This document shows, one piece after another, positions 36,949 to 48,350 of a stretch of 64,000 nt of DNA. Source of the DNA: Octopus vulgaris (lineage: Eukaryota). Position 1 is the first letter of the stretch; the number at the start of each line of letters is the position of its first letter. The notes beneath the pieces were generated by a model. The model saw only the letters and a list, made by a program, of their open reading frames with translations. It had not been told where the DNA came from and ran no database searches. A program made the translations under genes and the position numbers. The stretch lies in the NCBI GenBank assembly GCA_951406725.2, contig OX597832.1, positions 53,878,001 through 53,942,000 on the forward strand. The letters run 5' to 3'.

Positions 36949-37315
36949 CAGCCACTGGGGGTCCACACATCAAAGGGACAGAAAAGAGTCCTAATAGGAA
37001 ACCAATTGCTTGTGATGCTTTCGATGGGCCAACTATATCAAAGGCTATGGGTCCCAACAAACAGATAAAGATACCATCAAAAATTCCCATACACAAACAA
37101 GCACCAATTAACCAATAGAATGATGGTAAAAATGGTATCAACATTGTGACAGTACCAAAACCGAAAAATGCCATTTGCTGTAGGCGAATTCTGCTGATGT
37201 TAGGGTGGTCGGCTAGTTTTCCAAATACGAGACGGCTGATACCCGAGGTGATATGTATAGACATCAATATGAATGGAGCTTTCTCAACCGAAAAAAGATC
37301 TTGGGTATGTTTTAT
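36949..37315 (-). CDS. SLC16A10: SLC16A10-like coding exon (IKHTQDLF...SGISRLVFGKLAD...GPPVA)
   Basis: TTTCAG acceptor at 37317-37316; GTAAGT donor starting 36948; joins as VHL|IKH in phase 0. Confidence 0.92.
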
Positions 37316-37368
37316 CTGAAACAAATGAAAAATTTATTTAGTATCATCATCATTTTAGTATCATCATC

Positions 37369-37795
37369 AGGCGCAGGAGTGGCTGTGTGGTAAGTAGCTT
37401 GCTAAACAACAACATGGTTCCGGGTTCAGTCCCACTGCGTGGCATCTTGGGCAAGTGTCTTCTGCTATAGCCCCGGGCCGACCAATGCCTTGTGAGTGGA
37501 TTTGGTAGACAGAAACTGATAGAAGCCTGTTGTATATATGTATATATATATATATATATATGTATGTGTGCATGTTTGTGTGTCTGTGTTTGTCCCCCTA
37601 GCATTGCTTGACAACCGATGCTAGTGTGTTTACGTCCCCGTTACTTAGCGGTTCGGCAAAAGAGACTGATAGAATAAGTACTGGGCTTACAAAGAATAAG
37701 TCCCGGGGTCGATTTGCTCGACTAAAGGCGGTGCTCCAGCATGGCCGCAGTCAAATGACTGAAACAAGTAAAAGAGAGTTAAAGAGTAAAGAGTA
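37369..37795 (+). mobile_element. SINE family A, full-length copy
   Basis: Same consensus; about 50 nt from an SLC16 splice acceptor. Confidence 0.85.
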
Positions 37796-38193
37796 TTTAA
37801 TGTCTGTTGTCCATGCTGGCATGGGTTGGACAGTTTGACCAGAGCCGGCAAGCTAGGGAGCTGCACCAGACCCCAGTCTGATTTAGCATGGTTTCTACAG
37901 CTGGATGCCCTTCCTGATGTCAACCAATCCGAGAGTGTAACGGGTGCTTTTTACATGCCACTGGCACCTGTGCCAGTTGTGTGACACCAGTATCTGCCAC
38001 AACTATAGTTTCACTTGGCTTGATGGGTCTTCTTCTCAAGCATGACATATTGCCAAAGGTCTCGGGTCATTTGTCATTGCCTCCGTGAGGCCCAATGCTT
38101 GAAAGGTGCTTTTTATGTGCCACCAGCACAGGTGCCAGCTACGCGACACCAGAATCAGCCACAACCACCAATTCATGAAGAAATTTATTAAAA

Positions 38194-38697
38194 TACTGTA
38201 AATCTTCGAGTATAGTCCGCCCTAGAGTATAATACGCAGGGGATTTTTAGGGGCTGTACCTCTGAAAAACCTAAACCTTGTGTATAATACGCACCCCTTC
38301 TCTAACATGAGTCAAGAAGGTCTATATAACGTCCTTGGTTTGTAAAAATGTATACAGGTAACGTCCTTTATTATTATTGTATATATAACATAATGCAAAC
38401 GTGTAGCTTTTTTGTGCATTTTGTTTGCAGAAAATAAAGAAATAACAGTAATAACATTTAATAAATGTTGCTTACTGCAAGTTACGGATGATTCTTTTGT
38501 GATTTCATTGCTTTCAGGCTTAGCTTAAGGTATTTTCACACCCAACGTCTGAATAAACATTGCCAGACAGCAAATAGAGACTTGAACATTGCTTAGAAAA
38601 TAATTTTCATTTTTAACCTCGTATATAGTACACATTAGGGATTTTGACCTTTAAACTTTGGGAAAAAAATGCGGATTATACCTGAGGATTTACAGTA
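38194..38697. mobile_element. Tc/pogo-like MITE, second copy
   Basis: Colinear with 24785-25275. Confidence 0.75.
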
Positions 38698-39074
38698 ATT
38701 ATTTTCTTTAAAATCTTACTTTTTTTATTTACATATATTTTGTAACTTCCAAACTGAAATATTTTACCATTCAGTTAACATGACACAAATAATAGTGTGT
38801 GTGTGTGTGTGTGTGTGTTTTAAAACACAGCTTTGTTTACATTGGGTGCTTGTTTAGCAAGATTCTTAATGCTATTTAAGTGGAATAATTAACATTATTT
38901 TTTCTGTAAATATATACACTAGTTATAAAACATAGTCAATTCAGCTGTGTCACCTTTCAGTTCCTTCACTGTTTATTACTCAGCTAATTCATAATTCAAT
39001 TGTTTCATCATTCGTTATTCAGTTGTTTCATACTTCATTATCTAACTGTTTTATTCTTTACTATTCAATCATTT

Positions 39075-39740
39075 CATCGGTCGTTAGCCGGTCGCTCCGT
39101 CCGTCGTTAGCCGGTCGCTCCGTCCGTCGTTAGCCGGTCGCTCCGTCCGTCGTTAGCCGGTCGCTCCGTCCGTCGTTAGCCGGTCGCTCCGTCCGTCGTT
39201 AGCCGGTCGCTCCGTCCGTCGCTAGCCGGTCGCTCCGTCCGTCGCTAGCCGGTCGCTCCGTCCGTTCCGTCCGTCGCTAGCCGGTCGCTCCGTCCGTTCC
39301 GTCCGTCGCTAGCCGGTCGCTCCGTCCGTCGCTAGCCGGTCGCTCCGTCCGTTGTTAGCCGGTCGCTCCGTCCGTCGTTGTCCGTCGCTAGCCGGTCGCT
39401 CCGTCCGTCGTTAGCCGGTCGCTCCGTCCGTCGTTAGCCGGTCGCTCCGTCCGTCGTTAGCCGGTCGCTCCGTCCGTCGTTAGCCGGTCGCTCCGTCGGT
39501 CGTTAGCCGGTCGCTCCGTCGGTCGTTAGCCGGTCGCTCCGTCGGTCGTTAGCCGGTCGCTCCGTCGGTCGTTAGCCGGTCGCTCCGTCGGTCGTTAGCC
39601 GGTCGCTCCGTCGGTCGTTAGCCAGTCGCTCCATCGGTCGTTAGCCAGTTGCTTCATCGGTCGATAGCCAGTTGCTTCATCGGTCGTTAGCCAGTTGCTT
39701 CATCGGTCGTTAGCCAGTTGCTTCATCGGTCATTAGTCAG
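39075..39740. repeat. GC/CpG-rich 23-bp minisatellite (TCGTTAGCCGGTCGCTCCGTCCG)n
   Basis: Roughly 28 tandem units read directly. Confidence 0.95.
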
Positions 39741-40306
39741 TCATTTTCATTATTGTAAAACACGTTTTATTCCATGTGTGTTAAATCAAACTACAACTAT
39801 TAAATCAGACTTCAATGATAACAAGTTGAGAATAAAACCTCATTAAACAGCTGGATATCAAATGATTAACAAGATAATCATAACCCAGTTGTTTGTCAGG
39901 CTGTCATCATCATCATCATTTAATGTCTGTTTTCCATGCTGGCATGGGTTGGACAGTTTTTACACAAGCTGGCAAGTCAGAAGACTGCAACAAACTTTTC
40001 TGTCTGCTTTGGCATGGTTTTTTACAGATGGGTGCCCTTCTTAACACCAGCCACTTTTCAGATGGACTGGGTGCTTTTTATGATGAAAAAGCAATAACGA
40101 GGTCACCAAGTAACTTGTAAGACAAGACCCCACGACTGAGGTGGGGAAATAACATTAAGGGCCAGAAAAAAAGGTGTCTTGCAGTAGAGAAGAAACATGG
40201 CTGCCTCACGTTGAGAGAAAGAAAAGATGCTGAAGTTGTGATGAAGGATGGCATACCCCAAAGTTAAATGGACAGTAATAGAACATACATACATATATAT
40301 ATATAT

Positions 40307-41115
40307 AGGCGGCAAGCTGGCAGAAACGTTAGCGTGCCGGGCGAAATGCGTAGCCGTATTTCATCTGTCGTTAGGTTCCGAGTTCAAATTACGCCGAGGT
40401 CGACTTTGCCTTTCATCCTTTCGGGGTCATTAAATTAAGTACCAGTTACGCACTGGGGTCGATGTAATCGACTTAATCCGTTTGTCTCCTCTGTGTTTAG
40501 CCCCTTGTGGGTAGTAAAGAAATATATATATACATACACAAACATGTACACATGCACACAAACATACACACATACATACACGGGCATATACATATATATA
40601 CACACAAACATACGCATAAATATACACAAAAACATGCACATATAAATATACACACAAACATGCACATATAAATATACACACAAACATGCACATATATATA
40701 CACACAAACATGCACATATATATACACACAAACATACACATATACATACACACAAACATATACATACATACACACAAACAGACATATATACACACAAACA
40801 TATACACACAAACATACACATATATATACACACAAACATATACATACATAAACATATACATACACACAAACATATATATATATATATTCTTTACTACCCA
40901 CAAGGGGCTAAACATAGAGGGGACAAACAAGGACAGACAAAGGGATTAAGTCGATTACATCGACCCAGTGTGAAACTGGTACTTTATTTATCGACCCCGA
41001 GAGGATGAAAGGCAAAGTCGACCTCGGCGGAATTTGAACTCAGAACGTAACGACAGACGAAATACCGCTAAGCATTTCGCCCGGCGTGCTAACGTTTCTG
41101 CCAGCTCGCCACCTT
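40307..41115. mobile_element. Inverted pair of SINE family B copies around a ~24-bp CATATATATACACACAAACATGCA-type minisatellite
   Basis: + copy 40307-40520; - copy 40885-41115; repeat array 40525-40880. Confidence 0.8.
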
Positions 41116-41762
41116 ACACATACATACATATATACACACAGACATACATACATTTATATACAGATATATCATGTACAGCTTCACTATTTACTAGTTTTGT
41201 TAATATTCGCCATGAATTAATTCACTGATTTTTTTCTTGTAAATATTCCAATTGAGAAAAATAACAGGTAAAATAGCTGACAAATATAAGTTAATTACAG
41301 ATAAGAAAGCTGTTAAATAATTAAAAAAAAACAACCGAGATAATATCATATCTATTTACTTGCTTTAGTGACTTGTGTACAAATGTACTGCATGTGGTTT
41401 GTTGTGCTTTGTGGAAATTAACAAAACTGTACACATCTTCCGAAGCCATTGTTGCTTTAGCTTTGACTCAATTCTGATTAAACAAACCTAAAAACGAAAA
41501 TTCTTTCAGTCACTAACATTCCACCTTTCTGCATAGCTATGACAACATTGTCAAACAACTTTGTCCTCTGAGTTTTATTTGGCTGTTATTTCTAGCTGCT
41601 GGAGTAGCCGCACAAAGATGCTGTGTGTCAGATGTCAGATGAGAACAATTAGAGGCAAAAAGTTTTCCGTGTGTAAGGATAGAAAAAGGGAACACAAATC
41701 AATGATGATAAACATACATACACACACACAAATGTATGCACGTATCACATATACATAACATG

Positions 41763-42331
41763 TATTGGGTTGTCCAGAAAGTTGTGCCGATTTTTAAAGG
41801 AAAGAAAAAGGTCAATAAATACTTGCCATTACATTTTTAATCAACTAAATATGAACCATTTTGTTGCACAATGCATCTCCATCTTTCCTTTAACTTGAAA
41901 ATACCCTCTTCCCAGAACTGAGGTGGTTTCATGGCAAAGAATTCATCAAGGTATCTTTTTACGTCATCCAAGGAATTGAAATTTTTACCATTAACACTAT
42001 TCTGCAGAGACCTGAATAAGTGGAAATCCGAAGGAGCAATATCTGGTGAATATGGAGGGTGGAGTAACACATCCCAGCCGAGCTGCAGCAATTTTTGTCT
42101 GGTTCCCAAAGCATCAAGTGCCGAAAATGAATTTTTGTATCTTCCATTTTAAAGGGTTACAGAATTAAGACACGTTATAGGAACATAAACCTTCTTCCAC
42201 GAAAAGATAGCTTAAACTGTGCTCTAAATGGAGATTTAGTCAAATCCTATTTTATGGACTCAACCATGTTCTAAAATAAGTCGAAAGGTAAGCTGCTATA
42301 AATCGGCATGAACTTTCCGGACAACCCAATA
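41763..42331 (-). mobile_element. Internally deleted mariner (DD34D-type) element
   Basis: TA-flanked ~30-bp TIRs TTGGGTTGTCC(G/A)GAAAGTT...; transposase C-terminus GWDVLLHPPYSPDIAPSDFHLFRSLQN...WRCIVQQNGSY (41837-42109) fused to a 13-aa N-terminus. Confidence 0.9.
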
Positions 42332-42421
42332 CAAACACACACAATATGCACACACATAGACAGACACACAGACATACACTCATCTCAGTGTTGCAAGTTC
42401 TACAGCATAGAAAAGCATAAA

Positions 42422-42830
42422 TATGAGGGTGAGTCAAAAAGTAATGCCATTTTGTTTAGGACAGGTGTAATTACCAACGTAGGAACATGTATCATACATC
42501 AAAAATGAACCTGGTCCTTTGTGGGTCACATCCCTACTTCTCAACATAGTCACTGTTTCTCTCAATAGCAATGTTCCATCTTCAAATGAGAGCATGTATC
42601 TTTGCCCCGTAAAATTCTGTTGACTGTTCTTTGAGCCACTTCTTCACTTCAGTTTTCACTTCCTCGTCACTGGACTATCATCTCTTCGACCCCATGAAAG
42701 AGGGTTTGAGAGGCAAACATTATTCCAGTGACGAGGAAGTGAAAACTGTAGTGAAGAAATGGCTCAAAGAGCAGTCAACAGAATTTTACAAGACAGGGAT
42801 ACATGCTCTCATTAGAAGGTGGAAAAAAAT
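42422..42830 (+). mobile_element. Remnant of a different mariner family
   Basis: TA-TGAGGGTGAGTCAAAAAG terminus; DYHLFDPMKEGLRGKHYSSDEEVKTVVKKWL...GIHALIRRW. Confidence 0.7.
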
Positions 42831-42849
42831 TAAGTAAAAAAAGTAGGAA

Positions 42850-43042
42850 AATTAATCAAGAATCCTTGTCCAGTACCAGATCAATCCCCAAATCTAATCA
42901 GTCTGTGCCAGTCACAAGGCCAAACATCCCTGAAAGTTTCATCCGAAACCATCCAGCGGTTCTTGAGATATCTTGTCCTTGGACAAACAAACAAACACGA
43001 CTGAAAACAAAACCTCTACCTTAGCGAAGGCGGAGGTAATAA
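42850..43042 (+). mobile_element. Helentron/DINE-like non-autonomous element end
   Basis: (AAAC)n microsatellite followed by terminal hairpin ACCTCTACCTT-AGCG-AAGGCGGAGGT-AAT. Confidence 0.5.
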
Positions 43043-44236
43043 TTATAAAGCTGCTAAGTTAATAACAGGTAAAATAGCTGACAAATATAAGTTAATTACA
43101 GATAAGAAAGCTGTTAAAAAATTAAAAAAACCAACCGAGATAATATCATATCTATTTACTTGCTTTAGTGACTTGCGTACAAATGTACTGCACGTGGTTT
43201 GTTGTGTTTTGTGGAAATTAACAAAATGCCACAAAGATAGATGGCTGTCAAAGATAGATGCCAGAATAGATATCAGGATCTATGAGGAAATGTTACCAAA
43301 AACAGATTGGTAGCCTAATCTGAAGGAGAGTCCTTCTTCATCTGTTTTAACGCTTTGTAGCATCAAACCAAGAAACTGGGCCCATGAGCCTGGCCAGGCT
43401 TTAAAAGGGTGCATTTATTATTATATTTAAGGTTGATTTGGTAGGTAAAGAACGTCACTAAATACAAAGAAAGTTATGAGGTCACTAAGGGGTCATTTTC
43501 CATGGGGAAATATTTTCTTTCAATGTATAAATGATTCAAAATTAATCTTCTGTGACATTCCAAAGAAACAATTACCAGATCGAACAGATTAACAATACAG
43601 CTCAATTAACCTACTTAGAAGAAAATATCGTTAGAGACAATCTCAAACTTATCAATTACAATATCGATTCTTTTATTCTACATAGTGAAACAGTCCAGGA
43701 GATGCACTGTACTATTTATTCCTTGTACACATGCAGCATAATGTTTCAGCCTGAAATAACAGTCAAATATCCCTCAAATCACTTCATACAATTCTATACA
43801 GGATAATATAAAAAAAAAAAAATTTATTCTTTTGATTCTCATTTGACTGCAGCCATGCTGGAGCACCACCTTCAAGGGATATATATTAACATATTATCCC
43901 GTATATTTTTGTTCAGAAATGTCTAGTAAATATATATCTGAATGAAAATATACGTTCACTGTACTCCAAGGTATCCGTTGCCTGTTGCTAACCCGAAGTA
44001 CGTTGTTCATGATGTCATTCCAGTTTTCTATCATTAACTACCATTTCTATAAGTAACTTCCTAATAAATCATAACTGACCCAAAATAATTTAATTATTCT
44101 TCCTGATATGCAGATTCAAAATCAATAATAATTAAAAAATTTTCTGCACGGAAATTGACAAAAAATGTGTATGTTAAGAGGTTAATATGGTAGGTGAAGC
44201 ATATTGTGAAGTTCAGCAGAAATGTGTTGCAAATGA

Positions 44237-44355
<119 letters not shown>

Positions 44356-45989
44356 TAGTGTGCAACATGACAGATTTTTCCAAATTTTTAAATTTTATCC
44401 TTTCTCTTTGAAAAGGGGAATTTTTTCCCAAAATATTAAAGGGTCATTAAAACAACCTGTGTAAGGTAATTCAATATTTTTAAAGTCATTGCCATCACCT
44501 TGTATATTTTGCTTAACTTCTCACCTTCACTGCTCAAAGGGTTTTGCAAGCATCTCATTTACACACATGTATGTATATGTAGGTGTATATAATATATATA
44601 TATCAGTGAAAGATGTTGGCAAAAGAAGAACTCCCCTGAATGGGGGAGGGTGATGATGATGATGATGGCAACATATAAGATGTGGGCTAAATGTTTGGTA
44701 ATGAAAAACAGAAAACAAAAGAACAGAATCATTTTACTACAAGAGTGTGTTGTTGTTTGGTCTAGGTCAGCTTTGATCCAGCAGATCCATAATTGAAAGT
44801 ATTCCAGCCATAATCAGCTCATTTTTTTCTTTTTTTCTGAACAATAGGTGCAGGCATAGCTATGTGATAAGAAGCTTGCTTCCAAACCACTTGGCTCTTA
44901 GTTCAGTCCCACTCTGTTGCACCTTGGTCAAGCATCTTTTACTATAGCCTTGGACCAACCAAAGCATTTGTGAGGGAAATTGGATGCAGGATTTGGAAGA
45001 TAGGAATAATGCCTGGATGTTTACACTATATGCTATGTTGACTTGCATAACAGAAAATACAACATGTGTGTATGTATATGTTTGATAGTGTATATATAAT
45101 GTATATATATTGCATTTTCTGGTTTTCAAGTCAAAGTTTTCAGGCCAAAATTTAGTCGAAAAAAAAAAAAGAAAAAAAAAGTAGGTTGACTTATACACCA
45201 AGACATCTTTGGAGGACCAAAAATTCCATGTGAAATGCAGGATTTGGAAAGATTGTGATGATGTTTGAACACTACATGTTCACATTATGTGCTACCTCAA
45301 CTTTTAGGATGAAAAATGCAAGAATAAATTTGTTCAATGAGGGTTAACTGAAATAACAATAACAACAACCAGCACTATTACAATAAAAAAATTCCAGTCA
45401 TATTAAAATAGACTGCACAATAAATGAGGACTCAGTAGGTAGAAACAGCAACACTAAACTACCTACACAAGGAAGTGAGGAATGAAAAGTTCCTGGCTTT
45501 GGGTAAAAGAAAATACAGGAGGATCAGTTATGATTTTATTCAACATATTCCCATCTCAGATTCACACAATGCAGCAGCCCTTCAGTTTTTCTAAGTCCTG
45601 TAAAAGAGCTCTGAAGGTTGGGCTCCCAATCAGGCCTTTCACAACACCCTTAAAGCCAGGAACTTTTCGGTACTCCATCATATACGGTACTCCATCATAC
45701 AATAAAATAACATAGGAAAGAATGTGTAGCAAGGTCTTAGATGATAATCTGGAGAACTGTACCTGTTAGTCATTTCTAGATTTTGTTGCTACCAATCTGC
45801 CCAAAGAGAGCTGACTGAAACCACCAAATAAAAAATTTTTTAAAATGGTTAGCATGACATACTTTTATTCAAGCAGGAGATATTTTCTTCATAATGAAAT
45901 ACTTTATTCTATTTACTTCCTCCAGGCTAAACATTAATCAACATCAAGCTAACCATTAATATTCCACATGTTGACGATGATGATAACGG

Positions 45990-46025
<36 letters not shown>

Positions 46026-46102
46026 CGACGATGGTGATGAAGATGGTGATGATTCTGCAATGATATAAGAAGACAATTTAGTTCTTTGTTTCTTTTCCAA
46101 TA

Positions 46103-46180
46103 TTAACGAGTCACGTGACAGGTTGCCATAGTAACATATTACTGTCAGCACTCAAGCAACAGTTGATGAGGACTCGTTAA
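46103..46180. promoter_or_regulatory. Candidate intronic cis-regulatory module: GTCACGTGAC E-box (CLEAR/USF type) next to an RFX X-box
   Basis: GTCACGTGAC at 46110-46119; GTTGCCATAGTAAC at 46122-46135; TGACAG/CTGTCA pair; non-repetitive context. Motif match only. Confidence 0.35.
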
Positions 46181-46780
46181 GATACCACACGGCACAATGA
46201 GGTTACTGTCAACGATAGCAGAAAGGCTAACGATTAATGAAAGAAAAAAAAAATAACAATATTGTTAATTATGAAATAAATGCAATGAAGACATGGTTAA
46301 ATAATGAAGGATTGTGTCAACGCTAATGAAGATAATGGTTAGAATGATACAAGCAAAAATGTAATTTAAAAAATGGTTTTCTAAATATTTTGTATCACAT
46401 AAAAAGATACAGTTCATTATTTTTTCACCGTTTTAATGTCCAGTTTTCCATGTTCACATGGGTCAGTTGGAGTTTATTAAGGCAGATTTTCTATGGCCAG
46501 ATGCCCTTCCTGCCACCAACCCTCACCTACATCCAAGTAAGGTAACATTTCCCCATGACCAGACATTTTTATAGACGGTTGGATGCCACTTGAGTAAAGG
46601 TGACTCCCGCCCTTTAGCATTTAAACCGGCCATATCCAGTCCATATATTCTACCAGTTTTATATTGAAAGTGGACAGATTCAGCCTCTCACACCTACCCT
46701 ACAATGTCAATCTAAAAATGAACATTCACATCAAAATCAAGACTATGAGATAAAGTGTGATTCATTTTTTAAAATGTAGA

Positions 46781-47276
46781 TAAATAAGGATTGCAGCGTG
46801 GAAGGTGTTTGTAAGCCATTTAAGAAATACACAAAAACCATTCGATTCACTTCAACATTTAAGTTTAATTTGTCAAAATATTTTCGCCGCTTTAAGACTG
46901 CGACCTGTTCACTGACAAAAATCTGTGCTGCATCTGAGAAAGTAACAGTTAGTTTGTTATATATATGTACGTATGTATGTATGTATACACACACACACAC
47001 ATACATACATACATACATATATACGTACATATATATAACGAACTAACTGTTACTTTCTCAGATGCTGCATGGATTTTTGTCAGTGAACAGGTCGCGGTCT
47101 TAAAGCTACGAAAATATTTTGACAAATTAAACTTAAATGTTGAAGTGAATCAAACGGCTTTTGTGTGTTTCTTAAATGGCTTACAAACACCTTCCACGCT
47201 GCAATTGTTTACGTTTCAGCACACGATCTCAGATCAAATCACTTGCTATGCAAGTACATCTCCGTAAATAAGGATT
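46781..47276. mobile_element. Asymmetric palindromic insertion (~200-bp arms plus ~60-bp tail), probable inverted PLE remnant, nested in a piggyBac-like MITE
   Basis: Arms about 46791-46985 and 47001-47204; duplication TAAATAAGGATT at 46781-46792 and 47265-47276. Confidence 0.65.
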
Positions 47277-47596
47277 ACATTTGATGAATTAACCTGAATG
47301 TTATAGGGTTAAGGCAAATTTTCTACAGCTGGATGCTCTTCATGTCACTAATCCTCAACTGTTTCCAAGTAAGGTAACATTTCCCCATGACCAGATAGAT
47401 TTTCATAGATAGGAACTTAAGGATGATACTTATGTAAAGGTGACTCATTTACAACTATCACATGTCAAGGCAAGGAGACAGTAACACATACATGTTTTCC
47501 TATCATGCATGTATCAATTTAGTAATTCTTCTGTGGCTTAGGAGTATTTTGACTTCTATTTTTAGCAAAGCAGGTGCTTATGTAGTACCCTAGTAT

Positions 47597-47965
47597 TACT
47601 CTTTTACTTGTTTCAGTCATTTGACTGAGGCCATGCTAGAGCACCGCCTTTAGTCGAGCAAATCGACCCCAGGACTTATTCTTTGTAAGCCTAGTACTTA
47701 TTCTATCGGTCTCTTTTGCCGAACCACTAAGTTACGGGGACATGAACACACCAGCATTGGTTGTCAAGCGATGTTGGGAGGGACAAACAGAGACACACAA
47801 ACATACGCACACACATATATATATATATGATGGGTTTCATTCAGTTTCCATCTATCAAATCCACTCACAAGGCTTTAGTCGGCCCGAGGCTATAGTAGAA
47901 GACACTTGCCCAAGGTGCCACGCAGTGGGACTGAACCCAAAACCACATGGTTGGTAAGCAAGCTA
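47597..47965 (-). mobile_element. SINE family A copy
   Basis: Reverse complement of the consensus. Confidence 0.8.
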
Positions 47966-48101
47966 CATATTTATATATATATCTTATATACGATTATTAA
48001 TTTTGCCTATACGGCTTTTATGCTCACGGCCACTAGCATTGTTTTTAGAAATAATAGTGTTCTTTTATATTTATACATAAATATATACATATTTATATAT
48101 A

Positions 48102-48350
48102 TATTGGGTTGTTGCATAATTATTGTGGCTTTTCTTTTAACAAATTTTATTCAACAAAAACAATATTTAACAAAAACATCTTTAAATGACTGTTTGACCA
48201 TCTGCCAAGGAAATGGGAAACAATAATTGAAGTAGATGCTGAATATGCTCCGGAATAATTATTTAAAGATGTTTTTGTTACATGTTGTTATTGTTTTTAT
48301 TGAATAAAATTTGTTAAAAAAAGCTGCAATAATTATGCACCAACCCAATA
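48102..48350. mobile_element. Tc1/mariner-type MITE
   Basis: TA-flanked long TIRs TTGGGTTGTTGCATAATTATTGTGGCTTTT / AAAAGCTGCAATAATTATGCACCAACCCAA. Confidence 0.75.

Noticed and set aside
41837-42109. Active or domesticated mariner transposase gene
   Set aside because: Only the C-terminal ~90 aa remain; the DNA-binding domain and first two catalytic Asp are deleted.
45901-46068. Strong + strand acceptor followed by a poly-Asp (GAT)n stretch, suggesting a nested exon
   Set aside because: All three frames after the AG stop within 12 codons; (GAT)n tracts are common repeat tails here.
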